The notes: generated by a model from the sequence alone, not told the origin. DNA of 64,000 nucleotides from Chiloscyllium plagiosum (GCF_004010195.1 NC_057749.1:6012862-6076861); one strand, 5' to 3'. Counted from the stretch's first letter, positions 36,860-50,053 are shown. A program made the numbers and translations.

Positions 36860-37836
36860 AATGTGGTACGTTTTGTGGCCACCGCTGTTTGTTATTTTTA
36901 TAAATGACCTAGATGAGGGCGTAGAAGGATGGGTTACTCAGTTTGCGGATGATATTGAGATCATTGGAGTTGTGGATAGTGCTGAAAAATGTTGCAGGTT
37001 ACAGAGGGCTATAGATAAGCTGCAGAGCTGGGCTGAGAGGTAGCAAATGGAGTTTAATGCAGAAAAGTGTGAGGTGATTCACTTTGGAAGGAGAAACAGG
37101 AATGCAGAGTACTGGGCGAATGGTAAGATTCTTGGTAGTGTAGAAGAGCAGAGAGATCTCGGCGTCCATGTACATAAATCCCTGAAAGATGCCACCCAGG
37201 TTGATAGGATTGTTAAGAAGGCATATGGTGTGTTAGCTTTTATTGGTAGAGGGATTGAGTTTTGGAGCCACAAGGTCATGCTGCAGTTGTACAAAGCTCT
37301 TGTGCAGCCACACTTGGAGTATTGCGTACAGTTCTGGTCACCGCATTACAGAAAGGATGTGGAAGCTTTGGAAAGGGTTCAGAGGAGATTTACTAGGATG
37401 TTACCTGATATGGAGGGAAGGTCTGACGAGGAAAGGCTGAGGGACTTGAGGCTGTTTTCATTCGAGAGAAGAAGGTTGAGAGGTGACTTAATTGAGACAT
37501 GTAAGATAATCAGAGGGTTAAAAAGAGTGGATAGGGAGAGCCTTTTTCCTCAGATGATGATGGCTAGCACAAGGGGACATAGCTATAAATTGAGGGGTGA
37601 CAGATATAGGAGAGATGTCAGAGGTAGGTTCTTTACTCAGAGAGTAGTAGGAGCGTGGAATGCATGCCTGCAAGAGTAGTAGACTCGCCAATTTTAGGGG
37701 CATTTAAATAGTCATTAGATAAGCATATGGATGAAAATGGAATAGTGTAGGATAAGTAGGCTTCAGATTGGTTCCACGGGTCAGTGCAATATCGAGGGCT
37801 GAAGGGCCTGTACTGTGCTGTAACGTTCTATGTTCT
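36860..37836 (+). mobile_element. CR1/HER1 LINE 3' portion (RT C-terminal half)
   Basis: PLFVIFINDLD..QFADD and 210-aa ORF 37047-37679 MEFNAEKCEVIHFG..PHLEYCVQFWSP..; in-frame TAG at the conserved W; GTTCTATGTTCTA tail. Confidence 0.93.
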
Positions 37837-39179
37837 AATAGAGTTTAATCAATGAAAGGGAAGGATAAGAGGAGACTTTAGGGAAATGTAATTGGGGAAA
37901 CAAAACGCTCTACTGCTGTAACAAGGAACTTGTGTCATAGGGACAATATTTGGAAATGTTCCCTTTTACAGTGTTCGAATCCTTGAAAATTATGACACAT
38001 TTTCTTTTAAATGAGTTCTTTGCCATCCTGATTGTTCACCCTTATTCTTACTCCCCTTTCCGAAATGGATGAATTATGCAGGTTCCTGATGCCCTAGATA
38101 GTTGTTGCCTTGCAGGAACATGTCTGAAAGCCTCACCAACCACATACAACATTGGGCCACCAAACATTTCGCTGAAGATTGGCTTTTCCTGCAACTTTGC
38201 CCTCTCTGATACCTCACTGAGAAGCTGAGGCCTCTCAGGAAGCAATTTGTCACCTTTGACTGCAGCAAACCCACTCTCGGCATCATGCTTAGGTTCTCCA
38301 CTTTATTTATAATGGTGATGATGATTGAAACGCAGTACAAAGCAAGCAATGCTGACGTTACATTGTGTGCTGGAGACTTGACAACTGAAGCAAGTGCTTC
38401 CTTTCTGGGGCTGTGGACTGCAGTCATTAACGTTTGATCATTTGACAAAGCGACAGGACTTGTGGCCCCTGCTACATGCCGAACTCCAGGTGGTCATTGC
38501 ACAGGCTGTCCTGCTGTATTCAACTCTGCCAGGGATAAGGTTACAGCAAAGCTGTTGACAGAACCTTCATCGATGCTCACAGCAAGATAGAAAGATGAGT
38601 AACAATTAAACTGGTTGAAACTCGTTTCTTCAGTTTCTGATTCATTTTAACAACTATTAAAATGAAATAACATCTCCAGAACGAAAGATTTTAGAACGTT
38701 AAGGCCTGATCTGAACAAAGTCTTCAAGATGTTAACAGGGAAAGACAGGAAAGAAAAGCTTTTTTTTCACTGGTTGGAGATTCAGAACTAGAGCGCATAG
38801 TCTGAGATTAAGGCCAGACCTTTCAAGAGAGATGTTACACATCTACACACAGAGGATGGTAGGCTGTTGGAGCTCTCCTCCAGAAATAGCAGGTGATCAG
38901 TTACTAATATTAAATCTGAGAGATTATTTTGTTAAGCAAAGGTATTAAGGGATTTGTACCAAGAGCAGACATGTGGAGTTAGGCCACAAATCAACCATGA
39001 TCTCATTGAATGGCAGTATAGAATGGAGGGGCTGAATGGCCCATTTCCGTTCCTATCTTCCTCTGAAGTGAAGAATGACTTCATCTGGAGTGTACTCAGA
39101 TTCAAATTACATGATCAAGATGTTAGGCACCTTCCAATACAGAATGTATGAGGCAGAATTATATTTTATATTGCTTAAA

Positions 39180-39836
39180 AACTGCATTAATCCATTTAAG
39201 GTTCGATAAATCCCTTTTATAGAATAGAATCAGTCTGAACATTGGGGCACAGATAGCCTTACACAAGGCACCTCGAATTTTCAATGCATTACCTGGGCAG
39301 ACATGGCACCTATTGTACACTTGAGAACATTACTTTAAAAAGTTCTACGATTTACATATGAAAGAACTGAAACCAACATGGTCATTCTAAAAGATGAGAA
39401 ACTTAACAAACAATCCAGGTCTTTTTCAATATATAATTTCAGTTACATCACACTGTAAACTTTTGCTATATATTCTGTGTCTTACGATCTTATACTCCAC
39501 AACCACCTGATAAAGGAGCAGCGTTCTGAAAGCTAGTGCTTCCAATTAAACTTGTTGGATTATAACCTGCTGTTGTGTGATTTTTAGTAGAAAGTGAGGA
39601 CTGCAGATGCTGGAGATCAGAGTGGAGAGTGTGGTGCTGGAAAAGCACAGCAGGTCAGGCAGCATCCGAGGAGCAGGAGATTGATGTTTTGGGCGTAAGC
39701 CTTTCATCAGGAATTCCCTAAATGTCAATTCTCCTGCTCCTCGGATGCTGCCTGACCTGCTGTGCTTTTCCAGCACCACACTCTTGTGTGATTTTTAATT
39801 TTGTACACCCCAGTTCAACACTAGCACCTCCAAATG
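39180..39836 (+). mobile_element. Penelope family A 3' end with a family B fold-back cassette (39587-39783) inserted in its terminal repeat
   Basis: 14-bp TSD TTGTGTGATTTTTA at 39573-39586 and 39784-39797. Confidence 0.8.
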
Positions 39837-39902
39837 ACAGTTTATCTAGATTCTGTTCATCTGAACAGACAGAAAATGATGGTCCCTAATTATTAATTAT
39901 TT

Positions 39903-40305
39903 GGACAGCACAGTGGCTCAGTGGTTAGCACCGCTGCCTCCCAGCACTAGGGACCCGGTATCGATTCCTGAAGAAGGGCTCATGCCCGAAACATCAATTC
40001 TCCTGCTCCTTGGATGCTGCCTGACCTGCTGCGCTTTTCTAGCAACACATTTTCAGCTCTGATCTCCAGCATCTGCAGTCCTCACTTTCTCCTACCCGGT
40101 ATCGATTCCACCCTCGGGGGACTGTTATGTGGCATTTGCACATTCCCCCCTATGTCTGCGTGGGTTTCCTCCAACAATGTACAGGTTAGGTGGATTGGCC
40201 ATGGGAACTTCAGGGTTTAGGAGAGGGGGATGGGTCTAGGTGGGATGCTCTTACGAGGGTCAGTGTGGACTGAATGGCCTGCTTCCGTAATGTTGGGATT
40301 CTATG
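39903..40305 (+). mobile_element. HE1-type SINE split at its B box by a family B cassette (39969-40093)
   Basis: Direct repeat ACCCGGTATCGATTCC at 39953-39968 and 40094-40109. Confidence 0.85.
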
Positions 40306-41034
40306 ATGTTTCCTGTTAATGTGCTTCCCCATGCTCCTCTGAACTGTTTGGTTAGTGAGTCTCATCATCATCAATTAATACAAATTTTCTTTTACTTTAA
40401 AGTTGTGCTAATGAGAGCGTTTAGCTTGTTACCAGTGTCCACATGTTGCTTACAGCTCATACTCGCTTGTGCCCTCACCAAAATCGGGTGGAGAAATTCA
40501 TGTCAACTTTCCCCCCTCCCCCTTCCTTAAGTGTAGCAGAGGTCAGCTGGACCAGTCTGACCACAAGCTGGGTGGATCTCACACTGAAGAATCCAACCAG
40601 GAACAACACAAGTCCTTATGACTCAACTGCTCAGTGCATAAAGCCATCAGAGAATTCACAGTGCACTTATTGATTTATGGCATTGCTTCTTTCTGAGAAC
40701 CAAGCAAATCTTTTTAGCTGCTCGAGCTGTCTTTTTTTCCAAAGGACAGCTGCATTTAAAAATAAACAGTCATTAAGCCTTATTTTCTGTTATTTTCTCA
40801 ACTCGAGGAGCGACTTAGTCAGCGCCCTGACGTTATTGTTATATCCATCTGAATTTTTGTTTGACAGTTAATCAATTTCCCCTTTACAATTACCTTCTAC
40901 CTTCTACGACACTTTTATGTATGATGATGGGTGTAATGGACTATACTGAAATTACAATGAACATCTGACATCCTTAGATTAGCACTAAGGACTGCAGGTT
41001 TTGACATGACTGAACCACCACCCTTCTTAATATA

Positions 41035-41430
41035 TCATAGAATCCCTACAGTTTGGAAACAGGCCCTTTGGCCCAATGAATGCACACTGACCCTCCAAAA
41101 AGTAACCCACCTAGACCCATTCCCCAATCCTATTACTCTACATTTACCCCTGCACCCAACCTACACATCCCTGAACGCTATAGATAATTTAGCATGGCCA
41201 ATTCACCCTAACCTACACAACCCTGAACACTATGGGCAATTCAGCATGGCCAATTTACCCTAACTGCACATTTTTGGATCATGGGAGGAAACTAGAGCAT
41301 CCAGAGGAAACCCACGCAGACACGGGGAGAACGTGCAAACTCCACACAGACAGTTGCCCAAGGCTGGAAACGAACCAGGTCCCTGGTGCTGCGAGGCAGC
41401 AGCACTAACCACTGAGCCACCGTGCCACCC
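41035..41430 (-). mobile_element. HE1-type SINE with an expanded internal unit of about 52 bp
   Basis: cctacacatccctgaacgctatagataatttagcatggccaattcacccta repeated at about 41160-41262. Confidence 0.88.
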
Positions 41431-41839
41431 ATTTTATTGGCGCATCAGTTTTTTTGGCGCATCAGTTAATTTAACTCCTCTACATCTACATTAAGATAGA
41501 TGTTCTATACCTTGTTCTTGAGCTCTCTATTCAAAGCCTGACTGATAGCATGACATCCTGCCCTTTGGATGGAGAGAGGAGGCAGTTCCAGTATCCAGCG
41601 CAGCCACAATGGGGATTGAATGCATTGTCACCAATCCACTCCATATCAGAGATGATGGCATCATAATGTGTTCAATGCGCGGGTTGTCCAGTGCTAAGAG
41701 GCCAAATGCTTTGGAGACATGGGTTCAAATCCTACTCTGGCAGGAATGGTGCAATTTGAATTCCATAAGATCTAGCATTAAGACAAACTAACCTAACGGT
41801 GACTGCATAATTACTGTGAAAACCATTTGCTTCTCTTGT

Positions 41840-42352
41840 GCAGTGTTGGTCTCCTAGTCTGAGGAAGACATTCTTGCTATTGAGGGAATGCAGCAAAGGT
41901 CACCAGACTGATTCCCAAGATGGCAGGACTGACATATGAAGAAAATTTGGGTGGACTGGGCTTTTACTCGCTGGAATTTAGAAGAATGAGGGGGGAAATC
42001 TCATAGATACATATAAAATCCTGATGGGATTGGACAGTCGAGATGTGGGAAGAATGTTCCTGATGTTGGGAAAGTCCAGAACTAGGTGTCACACCCTAAG
42101 AATAAGGGGTAAGCCATTCTGGACTGAAGAATGTCTTCACTGAGAGAGTTGTGAACCTGTGGAATTCTCTACCACATGAAACTATTGGGGCCAGTTCATT
42201 AAAACATATTCCAGGGGAGCTGGATTTGGCCCTGGTGGCTAAAGGGATCATGGGGTATCGGGAAAAAGTGGGAGTGGGTTACTGAGATTAATCAGTCATA
42301 ATCATATTGAATGGTGGTGAAGGGCCAAATGTACCTATTTTCTATGTATCTG
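41840..42352 (+). mobile_element. CR1-clade LINE 3' fragment inside the second SINE family
   Basis: GLTYEE..LGFYSLEFRRMRG motif and catattgaatggtgg tail. Confidence 0.8.
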
Positions 42353-42570
42353 TGTCCTCAAGGGAAAGAAATCTGCTGTCCTTACCTGATCTGGTCTACA
42401 TGTGAGTCCAGACCCACATGTAGGGTTGACTCTTCACTGCTACCTGACATGGCCTAGTCAGGTGGTCAGTTCAAAGACAGTTAGGGATGGCCAACAAATA
42501 TATCATACAAAAAATGGGCAACTCACATTCCATATTATAAAAAAAAAGGTCTGCTAGCCACCACAGCAAT

Positions 42571-42606
42571 ATTCCTGAAGAAGGGCTAATGCCCGAAACG
42601 TCGATT
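42571..42606 (+). ncRNA. Minimal type I hammerhead ribozyme motif
   Basis: ATTC-CTGAAGA-A-GGGC-TAAT-GCCC-GAA-ACGT-C^GATT: CUGANGA and GAAA core, 4-bp stem II, palindromic ACGU in place of stem III, GUC cleavage triplet; stem I is weak. Confidence 0.7.
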
Positions 42607-42659
42607 CTCCTGTTCCCTAGATGCTGCCTGACCTGCTGCGCTTTTCCAGCAACACATTT
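42573..42659 (+). mobile_element. 87-bp Penelope family B insertion made up of a minimal hammerhead plus about 55 nt
   Basis: 15-bp direct repeat CCACCACAGCAATAT at 42558-42572 and 42660-42674. Confidence 0.85.
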
Positions 42660-43799
42660 CCACCACAGCAATATACACAGTAGCATGTGGTTTGGAGTTG
42701 TGGATACTGATGGCACAGACTCGAATTTCCTTCCAGCACATGGCTGATCAAGGATCTCCCCCACTCTTACCTCCTGCCATTGATGTGTGTTGGGAGGTGA
42801 TACTCAACCTGTTTAGCCATGTCATGACTGTGCTGTCCTTGGCTGTCAAATACTGGATTGGGACTTGAAGCTGGAGTTTTTGGCTGTGAGGTATGACAAT
42901 GTCCACTGCCCACCACAAAACATCCTTACATTAGTACAGTTATATTCAGCAGGTGTTTTACAAAGTGATAGATCAAATGACCTAAAAACATTTGAGCACA
43001 AAGGTACACACTTGAATATAAGGGTGGTGTAACCTACAGAACTATAGACTAAGAGCTGGAAGGTGGGTTAGTCTGGAGAGCTCTTTCTCATTGGGCATGG
43101 CCATGATGGGCAGAATGGTCACCTACCGTGCCATAAATCTTAGTGTTTCTAATTGTTACGCTGTAGTCTGTGCATTGGCAACTTCACTGTCAATGCATCA
43201 TGCTCAAACCCCACTGAAGCATTAAATCTTGAAGGCAGATGAGACACTTATTGAAACATTAACCAAAGTACCTCTGTGTCTTCAATCACTGCATCTGTGG
43301 AAATTTGATGCGTGTGGAGTCTTATTGCCTCAGATGTGGAAAGCTCACATCACAATCAAGGGCGGCATTTATTGCTCATTTCTTGTTGTTTTCAAGTAGA
43401 TGGTGGCAATTCATCCACTTTAGCTGCTGCTCTCTGCAAGTGGTTGGAGTCTTGATCCTGAGAGTGTGATGGAGGCAGTCATGCCAAAGGGAACCAGCTC
43501 AGTAACCAATAAGGAAGAAGGTTAAGAAGTATGGGGAGAAGGCTTGGTGGTTGTGAGGGGGAGGTGGAGACCATGGCCTTCTTTTGTACTATAGATTCTG
43601 TGTATTCCAACAAACCATAATATATTTGTGTGACTGCTTTCCCACTGATGTGTAGTTGTGCATCAAATTGAAAGTTGCATATAACTTGGGTCCTTGAGCT
43701 AATTTAAATGTGCACGAAGGCACCACATCTAACACCCAAAGCGGGAAGTAGAAATAAACCAATTGACCTTTACATTTAACCCGGCATAATTCTAAACAT

Positions 43800-44172
43800 T
43801 TTCCAAAAGCCAACCTTCCATCCATTGACTCCATCTACACTTCTCACTCCCTTGGGAAGGCAGCTGACATCATCAATGACCCCTCTCACCCCGGTTATAA
43901 TCTCTTCCATCAGGCAAAATATACAAAAGCTTAAACACGCGGACCAACAGGTTCAAGAACAGCTTCTTCCCTGCTGTTATTAGACTGCTGAATGGCACTC
44001 TCAAATTTTAAATTGAATGTTGATCTCGCTCTCTGTGCACCTCTTTGCAGCTGTAACATGGTATTCCTCGCTCTGTCCCATTATCCTAATGCTCTTTGTA
44101 TGGGATGATCTGTCTGTAGTGCATGCAAACCTGCACCTAGGTACATGTGCCAATAATAAATCAAATCAAATC
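43800..44172 (+). mobile_element. Rex1/Babar-like LINE 3' end (another at about 48145-48345, -)
   Basis: KANLPSIDSIY...RFKNSFFPAVIRLLN and AATAAATCAAATCAAATC tail. Confidence 0.75.
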
Positions 44173-44561
44173 AAAGATGGTATTATACCCCTCTCGAGCA
44201 GGTGGGATTTGAACCCTCCTGACTCCAGGGAAGGGACACTACCACCTGCATCACAAGAACGCTATCATTTAACATTCACTATTTTTCTTTATATCTGAAG
44301 GTGCTATCACACTGATCCAAATGGCTTTTCCATCACCAAATCACCGTGACGTTTAAACATTTTTCCTAACTACAAATCATGTATGCAATTAAATATTTAC
44401 AAGCGAAGTCCACAGAGGGCAATGCAATCCATCTAAAGTTAATAAGTGTTACAGAGAGTGGGGAGGAAACTGCTTAACATTCCCTGTGATAGGAGAAACC
44501 AGTCACACCTACCTATACCTCCCTAACTACAAATTAATCCTTGAGAGATAACTGAACGTTA

Positions 44562-45851
44562 TGTTATGGACCAGGCCAGACCCCTCAAAACATTTCAAAA
44601 AGGTGGCCCAGTCCTGACCTTTCTAGTTGTTTTAAGCAGGTGTAAAGTGGATATTCCAGGAGTAATGCAGCCAGTTAAACCACTGTTTTAGAGCGTAGAA
44701 CATAGAACATAGAACAATACAGCATAGAACAGGGCCCTTTGGCCCTCGATGTTGCACCGACCTGTGAACTATTCTCAGCTCGTCCCCCTACACTATCCCA
44801 AAATCATCCATGTGCTTATCTAAGGATGGTTTAAATCTCCCTAATGTGGCTGAGTTGACTACATTAGCAGGTAGGGCATTCCACGCCCTTACCACTCTCT
44901 GCGTAAAGAATCTGCCTCTGACATCTGTCTTAAATCCATCACCTCTCAATTTGTAGTTATGCCCCCTCGTACAAGCTGACATCATCATCCTAGGAAAAAG
45001 TCATTCACTGTCTACCCCGTTCTAATCCTCTGATCACCTTGTATTTCAACAAAACAGAATTTATTTACAGACTACCAAATGAAATAAAACAGAATATAGA
45101 ATAACTTAACCTATCCGAAAACCTAAGTGACTCTATTTCAACTTGTTCCAATTGGTTGCTGTTCCAATTTCCTGCAACATCCCCAAAAACACCCCCTTGG
45201 CAAAAAAAAGGTTAAATCAAGCGCAGGTTCTTACAGGAGAGAGATGTTGGAGAGAGAGTCAACCAGAAAGCCTTTGCTGAATCAGGGAACCTCTTTCCCC
45301 AGCAGTTTTAAACTAAGGAACTGGAATATAAACTTGGGCTGGGAGAACTGGCCACTCCCCTTTCATTGCACCACTATTTTTTTAAAGAGATAAACCCTAA
45401 AGACCTCCTCTGATTATTGACTTAGGCAGTATTTGCTCGCTATTGTTAAAGTAGCCGGCATGGGTGGCACAGTGGCACAGTGGTTAGCACTGCTGCCTCA
45501 CAGCGCCAGAGACCCGGGTTCAAACTGTGTGGAGTTTGCACGTTCTCCCCGTGTCTGCGTGGGTTTCCTCCGGGTGCTCTCGTTTCCTTCCACAGTCCAA
45601 AGATGTGCAGGTCAGGTGAATTGGCCATGCTAAATTGTCTGTAGTGTTAGGTAAAAAGGGGTACATGTAGGGGTATGGGTGGGTTGCGCTTCGGTGGGTC
45701 GGTGTGGACTTGTTGGGCCGAATGGCCTGTTTCCACACTGAAAGTAATCTAATCTAGCCAGTTCAGATATACCAGCACCTCTACATTTATGACCTCTCTC
45801 AAAAACAAAACAAAGGCAAAATAACTTTGTTAAAGGGGCAACATCATCGCA
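44562..45851 (-). mobile_element. Solo LTR interrupted by a CR1 3' end (about 44690-45040) and an HE1 SINE (45461-45757)
   Basis: TG...CA termini (TGTTATGG ... CATCGCA), flanks GTTA/GTTC, colinear with the 49432-50053 copy. Confidence 0.6.
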
Positions 45852-46964
45852 GTTCTCACTAGAATGCTTATGCGTACCATTATCATTGATGTACCACAGT
45901 AGCCCCGACTTGTCCATTGCCCTAATTCCAATTCCTCTCAATTTAGACCTCAACTACATAAGCAGCTACCACCTCCACATTTTTATCCCTCCCCGGTAAT
46001 TGTAATTGTGGAGTAAGCCAAAAACAAACTTCGGGAATTAGCACTTGTGCAGCTAAATGTGGAAAGTAGCATTCCAGCTATCTGACCCACCCACAAGCTT
46101 TTTTTTATTCATTCATGGGATGGGGGCCATCTAGGCCAGCATTAATTTCCCATCCCAGAGGGCAGTTAAGAGTCAACCACATTGCTGTGGGTCTAGAGTC
46201 ACATGTAGGCCAGATCAGGTAAGGATGGCCGTTTCCTTCCTTAAAGGATATTAATGAACCAGATGGGCTTTTTTAAAGCAAACAATGGTTATTATTGGAT
46301 TCTTCAATTCCAGGTTTTCTTTTATTAAGTTCAAAGTTCGCCACTTGACATGGCAGGATTCAAACTCAGATCTTCAGAACATTCCCTGAGCCTCAGGATT
46401 AACAGTCCAGTGATAATACTGCTCAGCCACCACCTCCCTGCTATAGGCTGCACTATAGCAGTAGCTTGCTGATTGGTTCACAACATTGATATACAGGCAG
46501 CCCCCTGGGATGCAACTGGGTTCCACTCTGGTGCTCGGTTGCAAGTCGATCTGTACATAACTCGGAATACAATATAGCTCAATGTAAAGCAGCTGTTCAT
46601 AAGCACTGGAGATCTTCATTAAAACCATGTACGGAACTGAGTTCGTTAAGTCAGACTTCCATAAATCGAGAAACCATCCCCATCGCCTCAGCCACACATG
46701 CAATGGAGTGAAATTGATCCAGTTTCCCAGGACCAAGTACAGCCAGTAAATTCAGGAGTTTGTGAAGTTTTGGCAACACAAAAAGAGGGAACAGGAAAGG
46801 GTCATTAGATCTCTTCCAGCCTGCTCCACCATTCAAAAAGACTATGGCTGATCTGATTGTAAACTCAACATTTGTGTTCCCACTTATACTTTTGATACTC
46901 TCCCCATACCCACCTCCAACTTAAACAAGGGTCTACCTGCTTCTGCATTATAAATCTCCCCACT

Positions 46965-47485
46965 TTTGAAAAGATGTTGTTAAACTAGAAAGGGTTCAGG
47001 AACGATTTACAAGGATGTTACCAGGGTTGGAGGGTTTGGGCTACAGGGAGTGGCTAAATAGGCTGGGGCTGTTTTCCCTAGAGTGCTGGAGGCTGAGGAG
47101 TGACCTTATAGAGGTTTATAAAATCATGACAGGCATGGATAGGGTGAAGAGTCATGATTTTTCCCTCAGGGTAGGGGAGTCCAAAACTGAAGGGCATAGA
47201 TTTAAGGTGAGAGGTAAAAGATTTAAAAGGGACCTAAGGGGCAATTGTTTCATGCAGAGGGTGGTACATGTATGGAACGAGCTGCCGGAGGAAGTGGTGG
47301 AGGCTGGTACAATGACAACATTCAAAAGGCATCTGGATGAGTATATGAATAGGAAGGGTTGAGAGGGATATGGGCCAATTGCTGGCAAATGGGACTAGAT
47401 TGATTTCAGATATCTGGTCAGCGTGGACGAGTTGGACCAAAGGGTCTGTTTCAGTGGCTGTATATCTCTATAACTCTATGACTCT
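46965..47485 (+). mobile_element. CR1/HER1 LINE 3' end
   Basis: ORF 47015-47362 MLPGLEGL..RLRSDLIEVYKIM..WNELPEEVV. Confidence 0.9.
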
Positions 47486-49431
47486 GCTTCCACCACCTTT
47501 CCAGGAAGAGGATCTCAAAGACTCACAATCCTCTGTGAGAAAAGAAATTCACCTCATTCTGTTTTAAATCAGCAACCCTTTACTGAACAGCTTTCCTGCA
47601 GCTTTTTAATTTACATTATTTCCTCTTTGGCAGAAACAAAAGTTATGCCTAATTGTTTTGCTTCAACTGCTCAATGCAAAAATTGCCCTCACAGCATATA
47701 GCTGTAGATCGTCTGTGGCATTGCTCATTGTGTTCAGGGCATTTAGTGGAGCTACAATGCCACCTGGTGGCTTTTAAAAGAAAATCTTTAATGGGATATG
47801 GGTGTCACTGGCAAGATTGGCTTTTGCTGCCCGTCCCCAATGGCCCTTGGACTGAGTTATTCTCTAGTCCATTCCAGAGGACAACCAAATCTCTGAGGGT
47901 TTGAAGTCACATGTAGACCAGACCAGGTAAAGATGGCATACTTGCTTCATTAAAGGACAACAGTGAACCAGATGGGTTTTTAACCACCGTTGGTCATGAT
48001 TGTTGAGCTCACCATTACTGAAACCAATTTTACAATCAAAATGTATTAATTAAATTTAACTTATATCAGATGTCACGATGGGAACTCAAGTGCCCAGAGA
48101 AACTTCATGGGTCTCTAGCTTAATAGCTTAGTTATTACAATTATTTGATTTGGTTTATTACTGTCACATGTACTAGTGAGAAGTTTTGTTTTGCATTTAG
48201 TATGGGCAGAACAGAGCGAGGAATACAGTGTTACAGCTGCAGAGAAGGTACACAAAGAGCAAGATCAACATTAAATTTAAGATTTGACAGGAACATTCAG
48301 AAGGCTAATAACAGCGGGGAAGAAGCTGTTCTTGAATCTGTTAGACTGTGCCACCATCCTTTCCATCATCTGAACTCTGCCTCAGTCAGCAACTCCAGAA
48401 TCACTAGAATTGACAATTGTAATTAAAAATGAAAATGTAGGGAATTCCAATGCGAAATATTAACATAAAAAGTGTGACCAAAAATAGTCACAACTTGAAG
48501 TGAAGTTTCTGGATAGGAAGACTTTTCTTAACCTAATATACAAAGATCAGCTCCACTTTGAAATATACAAGACTGCTTGGACCACGAACTGTCATATATC
48601 ATGAGACTAGCAAATCTAATGGACGTTTTTGAAGATGTGACGAAATGATGAAGATAGGGTAATCTATGTAGTTTTATGAATTGCAGCAAGGTCTTTGACA
48701 AGGCCCACATATGAAACTAATAAAGAAGGTAAAGCTCATCAGATCCACGTTAACTTTGCAAGTTGAATCCAAAACTGGCTTAATGGTGGGAGGCAGAGGA
48801 TGGTAGGAGGCTGCTTGTGGGATTGGAGCATGATGTGCAGTGACATGGCACAGGGACCACTGCTGGTCCCTTATTGTTTCTGATATTCATAAATGATGGA
48901 GATTAGATTGTGAGAGGGATAACACAAGGATTGACAGTAAGGAAGGTATAAACAGATTAGTCACATGGACAGGTCAGATAGAATTTAACCCTGATAACTG
49001 TGATGTGATGCAGCTTTTTAATTCATTCAAGGGCAGAGGGCAATGCTGATTAGGTCATCATTTATTGCCCAGACCTCATTGCCAAGAGGGCAGTTAAGAG
49101 TCAACCACTTTGCTGTAGGTCTGGAGTCACATGTAGGCCAGACCAGGTAAGGATGGCAGACTTCTTTCCCTGAAGGACATCCATGAACCACATGGGTTTT
49201 TCCTGACAACCCCATCAATGGATTCATGGTCATCATTAGACTCTTAATCCCAGATTTTTTTTTGTTGAGTTCAACCTCCACCATTTGCCACTCAAATTCA
49301 GGTCCTGAGAACATTACCTGGGTCTCTGGATTAATAGTCCAGAAACAATACCACTAGGTTATTGTCTCCCCAAGGAGGGATATAGGAACAAGACAAGGTA
49401 GTACTCAATCAATAGCAAAACACTAGGAAGC

Positions 49432-50053
49432 ACAGGCCAGACCCCCTCAAAACATTTCAAGAGGTTGCCCAGGCGTTAACTTTGCTAGTTGCTTTAAGCA
49501 GGTGTATATTGGATATTCCAGGAGCGATGCAGCTGGTCAAACCACGTAGTGTTAAACAAAACAGAACTTATTTGCAAGATTACTGAATGAAACACAAACA
49601 AAAGGGAACAGAGTACAGAATAACATTACTATTTAACAAACCAAATTACTTGATTGCAACTGAATGATGCTGTTCCAAATGCCTGCAACAGTCCCCATAA
49701 ACACCCCATTGGCAAAAAAGGTAAAATCAAACCCAGGTTCTGACAGAAGAGATGTCAGAGACAGAGAGAGGATCAGCATGGAGCTGATTCTTTGACCAGC
49801 AGCTTCTGAACAGCAGGATTACTAAAAACTAAAAATAAAACAAAGGAACCCCCCCCAACCCCCCCCCCCAAAAATAGAGAAAAGCTCAGCTGGAAGAACT
49901 AGCCACTCCCTATTCATTGTACAAAGTTTTGTTTTAATTTAAAAGCTTCTTCAAGTAGATAAACCCAGACATCTCGGCAACTCTGCCTAGTACAACACTT
50001 TGGAAAAAAAATCCAAGGACAACGCAGCCTTGTTAAAGGAGCAGCATCGACGC
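49432..50053 (-). mobile_element. Solo LTR inserted in an old CR1 fragment (about 48600-50370, +)
   Basis: Homologous to 44562-45851; CR1 sequence ctaggaagc|agaggaacag resumes on both sides. Confidence 0.6.

Noticed and set aside
37047..37679. 210-aa RT ORF as an active or domesticated gene
   Set aside because: It is a 5'-truncated CR1 with an in-frame stop just upstream and a frameshifted end.
38048..38580. Overlapping minus-strand ORFs in non-repetitive-looking sequence
   Set aside because: No motif I recognise and the frames are interrupted; a blastx would be needed before calling anything.
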